From an uncultured Acetobacteraceae bacterium (lineage in GTDB: Bacteria; Pseudomonadota; Alphaproteobacteria; Acetobacterales; Acetobacteraceae): a stretch of 61,451 nucleotides of DNA. Shown here in pieces: positions 54,825 to 61,451 of this stretch. The DNA lies in contig CAIUPC010000584.1 in assembly GCA_903900905.1 (NCBI GenBank), positions 1-61,451 of the forward strand. The letters run 5' to 3'. The position numbers and the translations under genes were made by a program. Each line of letters starts with the position of its first letter. Position 1 is the stretch's first letter. Under the pieces are notes generated by a model. It did no database searches. It saw nothing but the letters and a program-made list of their open reading frames with translations, and was not told where the DNA came from.

Positions 54825-55307
54825 ATGAATTCCTCTGCAATATCCCGCCGCCATCTGTGCGGCTTTGCGTCTATGCTGCTCGCTGCCGTTGCGCTCGAGG
54901 CGTGCGGCAGCGTCACGCCGTCACAGGCGGCCACCGATGCCGGGCTGATTGCCTCGGGTCTGGCGTCTGCCGTCGCCGCGCTCTCGGCCATGCCGGGCAT
55001 TCCGGCCGACAAGTTGGCGCTGGTGCAAACCGCGCTCGCGGACATCAAGGCGGCCTCGGCCTCGCTGGCGTCCAGCACGGCGGGCGTCGATGCCACCACG
55101 GTCAAGGGCATTGCGACGCTGGTCACACAGATTGCCGTGACCGTGCTGCCGTTCGTGCCGGGCGGTGCGCCCATTGCGGCAGTGATCGCGGCAGCGCAAT
55201 CGCTGGTGCCTGTGCTGCTGGCTGCGGCGGGCATCGCGGGCGCGGCAACTGCGGCCGCGCGCTTCTCGCCTGCCGAAGCCCGTGCGCTGCTCAAGGCGGG
55301 CGTCTGA
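54825..55307 (+). CDS. Lipoprotein, candidate spanin
   Basis: AGGAG RBS; lipobox LEA-C; hydrophobic C-terminal segment. Confidence 0.55.
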   Translation: MNSSAISRRHLCGFASMLLAAVALEACGSVTPSQAATDAGLIASGLASAVAALSAMPGIPADKLALVQTALADIKAASASLASSTAGVDATTVKGIATLVTQIAVTVLPFVPGGAPIAAVIAAAQSLVPVLLAAAGIAGAATAAARFSPAEARALLKAGV

Positions 55308-56002
55308 TGCGGCTGGGCAGGCTGCCGCACGACCCGGATACTGTCGCGTTCGCGCCGCAGCACCGGATGGCGGCAGCAAGCCCGGTGCCGGCGAAACTCG
55401 TCCGCGCTCACATCCCGTTCGCGCCGGGGCTGTACGACAACGACACGCTGCCCGATTGCACGGCGGCGGGCCTTGCCAATGCGGCCTCGGCGTTCGGGCT
55501 GGTGCGGTCAGGCGCACCGCCGGTGATCGACCCGGCCAGCGTGCCGCGCTTCTACGCCGCGTGCGTGGACAATCCGCCCGATCTGGCGGCCAGCAACGGC
55601 GCGGTCATGCAGGACGTGTTGCAGCGGGCCGAGGCGGGCGGCGTGGACTTCGGCCAGCAAGTGCCGCTTCTGCCGACCCACGCCGCGTGCGATGCGCGCA
55701 GCCGCGAGCAGCTTGCCCACGTCATGCTAATCTATGGCGCCGGATATTGGGGCCTTGATCTGACCGAGCGCGACATGGCGCAGATGGGCCGCCCGCTGCT
55801 GGACGATGACGGCAGCGACCGCAGCGATGTGGTGGGCGGGCATTGCGTAGTCGGCTGGGCCTATGACGGCCTTGGCGATGACGACCGGGTGCAGATTGCC
55901 ACATGGGGGCGCTTGCAGGCGGTGACGTGGCGCTGGCTGGGCTTGCGTCTGCATGAGGCGTGGGCGGTGTCCTGGCCGCAGCTTGTGGGGCCGTCTGCCT
56001 GA
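55307..56002 (+). CDS. Papain-like (C1-fold) cysteine peptidase
   Basis: LGRLP...NDTLPDCTAAG...GGHCVVGWAYD...IATWG. Confidence 0.65.
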   Translation: MRLGRLPHDPDTVAFAPQHRMAAASPVPAKLVRAHIPFAPGLYDNDTLPDCTAAGLANAASAFGLVRSGAPPVIDPASVPRFYAACVDNPPDLAASNGAVMQDVLQRAEAGGVDFGQQVPLLPTHAACDARSREQLAHVMLIYGAGYWGLDLTERDMAQMGRPLLDDDGSDRSDVVGGHCVVGWAYDGLGDDDRVQIATWGRLQAVTWRWLGLRLHEAWAVSWPQLVGPSA

Positions 56003-56070
56003 TAACACATTGCCGGAACGTGTAAGGATCGCTCACACGTTCAGCGGTCAAGCATTCCTTGACAACTGCG

Positions 56071-56105
56071 AAGCGCCTCGGTCCTCACGGGCCGGGGCGT
56101 TTTTG
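56071..56105 (+). terminator. Intrinsic terminator at the end of the late operon
   Basis: CGCCTCGGTCC-TCAC-GGGCCGGGGCG followed by TTTTTT. Confidence 0.7.
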
Positions 56106-56284
56106 CGTTTCAGGGCGAAGTGTGTCCGCGCATCACCAGCATTTCGTCCAGCGCCGCTACGGTAGATCGCGCCTCGTCGATGTCGGTCATGTCTGCCACC
56201 GAATGTGCGGCCCAGCCGAGCGTTGCGGTCAGCACCTCGGCGGGGTGCCAGCCTGCATCCACCCGGATAACGCAAAACGCATGG

Positions 56285-57508
56285 CTAGCGCCTCGGCAGC
56301 GTCAGCAATGCCTCTGCATTGGGCATCCGGTCCAGCAGCAGATCGCCCCACGCCTGCGCCAGCGCGCGACGCCGCGACATGTGCGCCGCCCGGTTATAGG
56401 CCCGCTCCACCTGGTCCTTGGGCGAGTGCGCCAGCATCAGGTCGATCAGCGCGCGGTCGCTCGGCTCGCGCTCGTTCATGACGGTTGAGAACGTCGCCCG
56501 CCAGCCGTGCGGTACATGCTGCCCGGCATAGCCCGCCCGGTTCAGCAGGTAGCCTAAGGCATTCTCGCTCATCGGCTTGCGGCTGGACGTGAGCGACGGG
56601 AACACCATGACACCGCGGCCCGTCAGCACGCGCACAGCGGCCAGCACGGCGACGGCGTGCGTTGAGAGCGGCACGACATGATCGCGCGTGTCCGCCGCGC
56701 GCTCCCGCTTGTGCTTCATCCGTGCGGCCGGGATCGTCCAGACCGGCTCCGCGCCGTCCAGCCCCGAGAACTCGGCCCATTCGGCAGCGCGCAGTTCGCC
56801 CGGGCGCACGGCGGTCAGCGCCAGCAGCCGCAGCGCCAGCCGCGTCACGGGATGCGCGGGGATGGACTCGGCGCGCTCAAGCATGGTCCGCGCGTCGGCT
56901 AGGTCGAGCATGGCGGGCCGGTGCCGCTGCCGGATCACGGTACGCATGGCCCGCGCCAGCCCGGCTGCCGGGTTGCTCGTCACCACGCCCGCCGCAATCG
57001 CGTGGTCATAGGCGGCGTGTAGCCGCTGGCGCACCCGGTGCGCGGTATCGACCGCCCCACGGTCCTCGATCACGCGCAGCGCCGCCAGAACCATCGGCGC
57101 GGTGATTGTGTCCGCCGGCAAATCGCCCAGCGCCGGGAATATCTCGCGGGTCAGCGAGTCCAGCACGTCGGCGGCGTGGTGCGGCTTCCAGCGGTCGCGC
57201 TGCGTGTCGTGCCAGTCCGACACGATAGCCCGGAGTGGGGGCTTTGGCGGGGGCGGCTCGGGCACCGGCGGCGTCCCGGTCGAAAGTCCCGGCCTCGCGG
57301 CCTTGGCGGCTTTGCGGGCGGCGGCCAGCCCCATCGCCGGATAGGTGCCCAGCGTCATCAGGCGCTCGCGGTTGTCCGCCTGCACCCGCAGCCGCCAAGA
57401 CTTCGTGCCGGACGGCAGCACCAGCAGGTGCAGCCCGGCCCCGTCCGTCAGCTTGTAGCTGGTGGGGCGCGGCTGTGCGTTGCGGCATTCTGCGTCGGTC
57501 AGCGGCAT
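56285..57508 (-). CDS. int: Tyrosine integrase, P4/IntA-like with an arm-binding domain
   Basis: YKLTDGAGLHLLV..SGTKSW; catalytic RPGE, HGWR, LAH, AYNR. Confidence 0.95.
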   Translation of the reverse strand: MPLTDAECRNAQPRPTSYKLTDGAGLHLLVLPSGTKSWRLRVQADNRERLMTLGTYPAMGLAAARKAAKAARPGLSTGTPPVPEPPPPKPPLRAIVSDWHDTQRDRWKPHHAADVLDSLTREIFPALGDLPADTITAPMVLAALRVIEDRGAVDTAHRVRQRLHAAYDHAIAAGVVTSNPAAGLARAMRTVIRQRHRPAMLDLADARTMLERAESIPAHPVTRLALRLLALTAVRPGELRAAEWAEFSGLDGAEPVWTIPAARMKHKRERAADTRDHVVPLSTHAVAVLAAVRVLTGRGVMVFPSLTSSRKPMSENALGYLLNRAGYAGQHVPHGWRATFSTVMNEREPSDRALIDLMLAHSPKDQVERAYNRAAHMSRRRALAQAWGDLLLDRMPNAEALLTLPRR

Positions 57509-57529
57509 GGCCGGGAGTCCGTTTCCTCG

Positions 57530-57805
57530 TGTCCCGGCTCATATCCCGGCCTGATCTGTCCTGCCCTGTCAACGCACGGCGCTTTATGGCGGCGAAAATA
57601 GGCAAAAAGAAAGCCCCGTCAGGGGCTTACGACCGGCTCTGTCCTGTAGGGGGAACGCCGCGTGGCTCCCGGAGTTGGATTCACATCATCGGCGCATTGT
57701 GGCGGCTTTCTGCGGTCATTGCAGCATCAGGCGGCGGCTGTGTCCCGGCTTGTCCCGGCCTGCGCCGGGCGGTAGGCGGCTCGGGGGCGCGAACGTATCC
57801 AGGCC
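57530..57805. mobile_element. attP: tRNA 3'-end core flanked by arm-type repeats
   Basis: Core GAATCCAACTCCGGGAGCCA on the minus strand (57663-57682); T(G/A)TCC(C/A)GGC repeats at 57530, 57542, 57741, 57751 and 57796. Confidence 0.75.
57604..57628 (-). terminator. Terminator downstream of the att core
   Basis: AAGCCCC-TGAC-GGGGCTT followed by TCTTTTT on the minus strand. Confidence 0.7.
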
Positions 57806-57969
57806 GTCACCTCCGAGTCCAGCCATGCTACAGCCCGCGCGCCGATCTGCACAGGCTGCGGAAACGTGCCAGCGGCCACCCCGCGATAGACGAACTTTTC
57901 GCTCATGCCGATGCGCTGGCAGACCTCGGGCAGCCGCAACAGTGCTTCGGTGCGTGCGGCGTCAGACAT
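57727..57969 (-). CDS. AlpA-family excisionase/regulator
   Basis: LLRLPEVCQRIGMSEKFVYR....GTFPQPVQIGARAVAWLDSEV..WI. Confidence 0.9.
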   Translation of the reverse strand: MSDAARTEALLRLPEVCQRIGMSEKFVYRGVAAGTFPQPVQIGARAVAWLDSEVTAWIRSRPRAAYRPAQAGTSRDTAAA

Positions 57970-58047
57970 GGCGGCCTCCGGTTGGTGTGACAGTCACGCG
58001 CGCCAAGCGCAGTGTGAAGATCAGGCTGCTGCACTCGTCATCGCGGG

Positions 58048-58404
58048 TCATCGGGTTGCCTCCCTCGCCGCCGCTTCCAGTGCCGCGCGGGCCTCGGCTT
58101 CGGTGGCGTAAACGCCGACGTGATCGCCGCCGTTCAACACCGCGCGCCATCCGGGCGTCTCGTATTCCTCGGTGCCGTTCCAGATCACGCCGAACAGCAA
58201 CCGGCCAAGCGACATCTGTGATCCCGTCGAGTTCCACGCCATCTTGGTCAGCCGATCCACCCGCGCGGCCATCACATCGCGCTCGGCGGTCAGGCGTTCG
58301 ATGGCGTCTGCGGCCTCGCTGACCAACACGCGTCGGCTGATCGAGCCATACGGAACGACGTAGCTGCATACACGCAACTCGGCCACCAGATCAGCGTCTG
58401 TCAT
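58048..58404 (-). CDS. Hypothetical protein
   Basis: MTDADLVAELR...EAADAIERL phage motif. Confidence 0.6.
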   Translation of the reverse strand: MTDADLVAELRVCSYVVPYGSISRRVLVSEAADAIERLTAERDVMAARVDRLTKMAWNSTGSQMSLGRLLFGVIWNGTEEYETPGWRAVLNGGDHVGVYATEAEARAALEAAAREATR

Positions 58405-58850
58405 TTCCCGTCCTCCATTGCTCGCATCACCGCGATGCAGATCGCGTGCGCTGCGTTTGGTTTTAGCCCATTGGCATCACCTACCCAATAACGCGGTGGC
58501 GCTGAATAGATGTTAACGGTTACAGACCATTCACGTTTGCTGCTTCCATTCCATAATTGTTTCATTGAAACTCGCCAGTTGTCGCGAGCCAGCGTCAGCG
58601 CGGCGTCGATGCTGGATGTGTAGCGGGGCACGTCTTTATGCATATCCGTGCCGTGCAGACTGTCTAGTATAGGCGCGCCATTAGACATGACGCCTAAAAA
58701 ATCTTCCGGTGCAATCCACGCACCGCCAGATCGTTTTGCGTGGCGCGGTTCAACGCGATGCCAGCCCGCGTCTTTGGCAATCGTCGCATCCAACTCCCGG
58801 CTCGGCCCATCCGCCGCCTCAAGTGCGGCGATCAGTTCTTCGCGGGTCAT
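58401..58850 (-). CDS. Phage ABA-sandwich-like protein
   Basis: GPSRELDATIA...PRYTSSIDAALTL...AHAICIAVMRA. Confidence 0.6.
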   Translation of the reverse strand: MTREELIAALEAADGPSRELDATIAKDAGWHRVEPRHAKRSGGAWIAPEDFLGVMSNGAPILDSLHGTDMHKDVPRYTSSIDAALTLARDNWRVSMKQLWNGSSKREWSVTVNIYSAPPRYWVGDANGLKPNAAHAICIAVMRAMEDGK

Positions 58851-59194
58851 TTTGCGTCCTCCAGCGGGTTCTGCGCGGCGGTCAGCATTGAGCGGTAGAT
58901 GTCGCCCCAAAATTTATATGCATTCCACGATGCGAACCCGGCTTCTTTCATCGCCTTCGTCGCCTCACTCGGCACGATCCGCCACGCCGCGCCAGGTTCG
59001 CGGCTCAGGGCGCACAGAGCGTCGAGTGCGGCGGTGGCAAGTGCGCGGGTATCGTTCACGCGGTGCATCCCTTGATGGCCTTCCGCCACTAGTTGCGCCC
59101 ACATCGGCCAATCGTCGGGATACTGCTGTGCGGCGCGAAACGCCTCGTGCAATGCCGCCGCCATCGCCTCAATCGCCTGCTCGCGTGCGGTCAT
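58847..59194 (-). CDS. Hypothetical protein
   Basis: MTAREQAIEAMAAAL...VPSEATKAM..AG...YRSMLTAA. Confidence 0.6.
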   Translation of the reverse strand: MTAREQAIEAMAAALHEAFRAAQQYPDDWPMWAQLVAEGHQGMHRVNDTRALATAALDALCALSREPGAAWRIVPSEATKAMKEAGFASWNAYKFWGDIYRSMLTAAQNPLEDAK

Positions 59195-59721
59195 GGCGTG
59201 GCGCTCCCTGCGATCCGGCGAGCGCCGTAAATAACCGGCACCGCCGCCAATGCAGCCCACATTTTTCCGACGACCTGACCTGCCAGATAATCCAGAGAAC
59301 CAAACGCCAACCACAAAAACGCCACACTGTCCACGACAGCCCCGACGCAAGCCGACGCCACCACAGCTGCAATCAGACCGCGTCGTTGCAGCGGCGTGTA
59401 AACCGCGAAATCGGCCAATTCGGACACGGCGAACGCGGCGGCTGATGCAATTGCAATGTGCGGATCTGCCACAAGCCACGACAACGCGCACCCGACAGCG
59501 ACGGCAGCCAACGCCCACGATGCGCCTGCCACGCGCTGCACCATATCGCGAAGCACCAACGCAGCGCCGACGATCAGCACGCCGGATGGGGCATTCAGCC
59601 CGAACCCAACAGGCACCAAACACGGGCCTTGCGGAATGCAAACCGTGCCAACGTGGCCGATCACGTAATTAGCCAGCGGGACGCACACCAGATAAGTGGC
59701 GGCAATCAAAATGCGACGCAT
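59191..59721 (-). CDS. VUT/YhhQ-family putative queuosine-precursor transporter
   Basis: Multi-TM; LAN...APSGV...LVLRDMVQ...ASAAAFAVSELADFAVY...VDSVAFLWLAFG...GQVVGK. Confidence 0.75.
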   Translation of the reverse strand: MRRILIAATYLVCVPLANYVIGHVGTVCIPQGPCLVPVGFGLNAPSGVLIVGAALVLRDMVQRVAGASWALAAVAVGCALSWLVADPHIAIASAAAFAVSELADFAVYTPLQRRGLIAAVVASACVGAVVDSVAFLWLAFGSLDYLAGQVVGKMWAALAAVPVIYGARRIAGSATP

Positions 59722-59951
59722 ATGGTTTTCACTCCTGAGTGGTAGCCCTCTGTTTTCACTGTGCATCCAAGAACTGCCGCAAGCCGTTCCGTTATTTCCT
59801 CTTGGAATAAACGGTCTGGCATGTTCGCAACGGCTGACAATATATCTTCAACTTTGACAATCCTGCAACTTTCTACGGTCACATGATATGTGTCAAAATC
59901 GTCGTTGACCGGGCATTTGCATCTGTGGGTCAGTTCATACCGGACGATCAC
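59706..59951 (-). CDS. Minimal QueF-like (T-fold) protein
   Basis: CKCPVNDDFDTY (Cys...Asp spacing as in the QueF/QueF-L active site), FQEE, HSGV; lies between TGT-like and VUT genes. Confidence 0.55.
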   Translation of the reverse strand: MIVRYELTHRCKCPVNDDFDTYHVTVESCRIVKVEDILSAVANMPDRLFQEEITERLAAVLGCTVKTEGYHSGVKTICVAF

Positions 59952-60640
59952 GCGATCAACTCCAATTGTTCAACGGCGCGAGGCGAAAACCGCGCCGGGC
60001 ATTGCGCCTGATCCCAGCGGTCGGCCATTTTGCGAGGCGAGTGTTGCGGCAGATGGTGGTTCTGCGCGATGTCGGTGCTATCCACCGATGCAAACGGCCA
60101 CCGATGCCCACTGCATTGCATCCCGCGCAACATGTGGACTGGCGGCGTGCGCGCGAATGTCTGTGCCAATTGCGACCATGCCTCATCCATCCTGCGGCAC
60201 CATGCGTCGGACAAAACCACGGCGTATTCAGCGGTCGATCCGATGCACACGCGCGACCATCCGTCGTCCACCAACCGGCACAGTCGATAAATCGGTTCGT
60301 CCATGTGCCAGACTGGCGCGGCTTGTTTTTTGCCGTGCGGCCATTCGTTCAGCAGCGCGTCTTGCTCCTGCGATGGTGCGTCAATAACGTCTGGCGAGAT
60401 TGCCCATGTCGTCGGGTAGTCAAGCCACTGGTCGCACCATGCGTAATATTTCGGCCAGTTCGTCGGCTTACCGCGCCGCCATTGAGAGAATGCACCGTTA
60501 TCAAGCATCACGGATTGGCCTATGTCATGCACCCGGCGTGCGTCAGTAGGCGCAGCGTGCGACACACAGAAACACCGGCCTCGCAGTTCGTAGAGTGCGG
60601 ACATCGGGGTAATCGGGGTGCCGTGGTAGTGCAGGGTCAC
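59948..60640 (-). CDS. Second TGT/DpdA-like transglycosylase
   Basis: HYHGTPITP, MLDNGAFS, PDVID, PVWH, VCIGS, VHMLRG, SVDST; GTG start overlapping the upstream stop. Confidence 0.7.
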   Translation of the reverse strand: MTLHYHGTPITPMSALYELRGRCFCVSHAAPTDARRVHDIGQSVMLDNGAFSQWRRGKPTNWPKYYAWCDQWLDYPTTWAISPDVIDAPSQEQDALLNEWPHGKKQAAPVWHMDEPIYRLCRLVDDGWSRVCIGSTAEYAVVLSDAWCRRMDEAWSQLAQTFARTPPVHMLRGMQCSGHRWPFASVDSTDIAQNHHLPQHSPRKMADRWDQAQCPARFSPRAVEQLELIA

Positions 60641-60924
60641 GGCGGCGTCACGCTCTCTGCGATGTCTGGAAAATACGGCCTCAGAACTTTGTCGCAAGCT
60701 TCAGCAATGTCGTCCACAACGTATATCAGCGGTTCTGACTCGCGTTCATCGCACGCTTTGCAGTAAACGGTTTCCAGCGCCGCCCGCAGTCGCGCAATCT
60801 CGGCGTCCTGCGCGCGGATCTTCTCGCAATAGCGAGTCTCTGCTTTCAGAAGTTCGTTGATCCGCTCAAGCCGCTCTCGATTGGTCAGCAATCGCGGGTC
60901 GCCGTGGCGCATCTCGGCGCTCAT
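60637..60924 (-). CDS. Hypothetical protein
   Basis: AGGAG RBS; AEIARLRAALE motif. Confidence 0.55.
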   Translation of the reverse strand: MSAEMRHGDPRLLTNRERLERINELLKAETRYCEKIRAQDAEIARLRAALETVYCKACDERESEPLIYVVDDIAEACDKVLRPYFPDIAESVTPP

Positions 60925-61310
60925 GTTGTGTTCTCCTGCGGCGGGGCGGGGAGTGGCATCCAGTGCGTCGGATCATCCCAATACAGACGGGCTTCTTCCC
61001 CAAAGTCCGTGACCCACATGCCTTGATCGTGACAGCATTTTTCCACGCCCGATCCGCGCCGCCAACACGAACGTGGAAACCACAGCAAAACAGGCGTTCC
61101 GTCAGTCGGCGCGGTGCTGATGTCCTGCCACGCATCCGGCAGCGGCAGCGCGCGGATGGCGGCGGCAGCGTGCGTGTACGCCACAGCGAAAGCCGAAGCC
61201 GTGGCGCAACCGCGCGCATCGTGCAGTTGCAGCGAATCGGCGGTTCTGCGCGCCGATTCCGCCATTCCTTCACATAGGCTGGCCGCAGCCTCTCGCATTT
61301 CGGCGCTCAT
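60921..61310 (-). CDS. DUF551-family protein
   Basis: WQDISTAPTDGTPVLLW...PTHWMPLPAPP. Confidence 0.75.
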   Translation of the reverse strand: MSAEMREAAASLCEGMAESARRTADSLQLHDARGCATASAFAVAYTHAAAAIRALPLPDAWQDISTAPTDGTPVLLWFPRSCWRRGSGVEKCCHDQGMWVTDFGEEARLYWDDPTHWMPLPAPPQENTT

Positions 61311-61451
61311 GGCGTGCCTCCAAACTCCCTGATGATGTCGGTGCGTTGGGCTTTCAGTTCTTCCGCCTTCGCCGCATCCGCCGCCGCATCCGCCGCCGCA
61401 TCCGCCGCCGCCCACGCCGCCGCATCCGCCGCTTCCGCCGCCGCCCACGCC
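61307..61451 (-). CDS. C-terminal part of the Ala/Trp-repeat protein begun at 361
   Basis: AWAAAEAADAAAWAAADAAADAAADAAKAEELKAQRTDIIREFGGTP*. Confidence 0.65.
   Translation of the reverse strand, partial: AWAAAEAADAAAWAAADAAADAAADAAKAEELKAQRTDIIREFGGTP

Noticed and set aside
57663-57682. tRNA gene
   Set aside because: Only the last 20 nt of a tRNA are present, with no D or anticodon arms; interpreted as the att core.
60921-61448. 175-aa ORF with an N-terminal GGGC repeat as given in the ORF track
   Set aside because: The Gly/Cys repeat is an off-frame reading of the Ala-repeat gene; the DUF551 gene more plausibly starts at 61310 after a GGAGG RBS.

Overview
GC-rich, apparently near-complete genome of a temperate contractile-tailed (myovirus-type) phage of Alphaproteobacteria, probably Rhodospirillales/Acetobacteraceae (inferred from gcrA, GapR-like and DUF932/DUF3489 genes). 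It is in excised form, with an intact attP carrying a tRNA 3'-end core between integrase and AlpA/Xis. Both window ends fall in the same Ala-rich repeat gene. Layout: leftward early operon (9.1 kb to 1, wrapping to 61.4-57.7 kb), CI/Cro switch (9.2-10.4 kb), replication genes (RuvC-like, DnaB, DUF1376 initiator), accessory genes, then a late operon. The late operon runs from a 7-deazaguanine DNA-modification cluster (dpdA-like, queC, folE, queD, queE) through terminase, head, sheath/tube, baseplate, fibres and lysis. The main finding is a TIGR-Tas-like RNA-guided system in the early operon. It has a nuclease-less Nop/IS110-domain gene (TasA-like, 4255-5307) and eight stem-loop dual-spacer guide units (stem-CCR-N9-TG-loop-CCR-N9-TG-stem) that lie inside open reading frames, including the tas gene itself, directly upstream of a ParB CTPase gene. 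Other notable items: a second TGT/DpdA + QueF-like + VUT transporter module, six consecutive signal-peptide-bearing genes in the tail-fibre region, a suhB/MmgR-like sRNA, a five-copy leader hairpin and a possible +1 TerS-TerL frameshift. All protein calls are by motif recognition by eye; no database searches were run.
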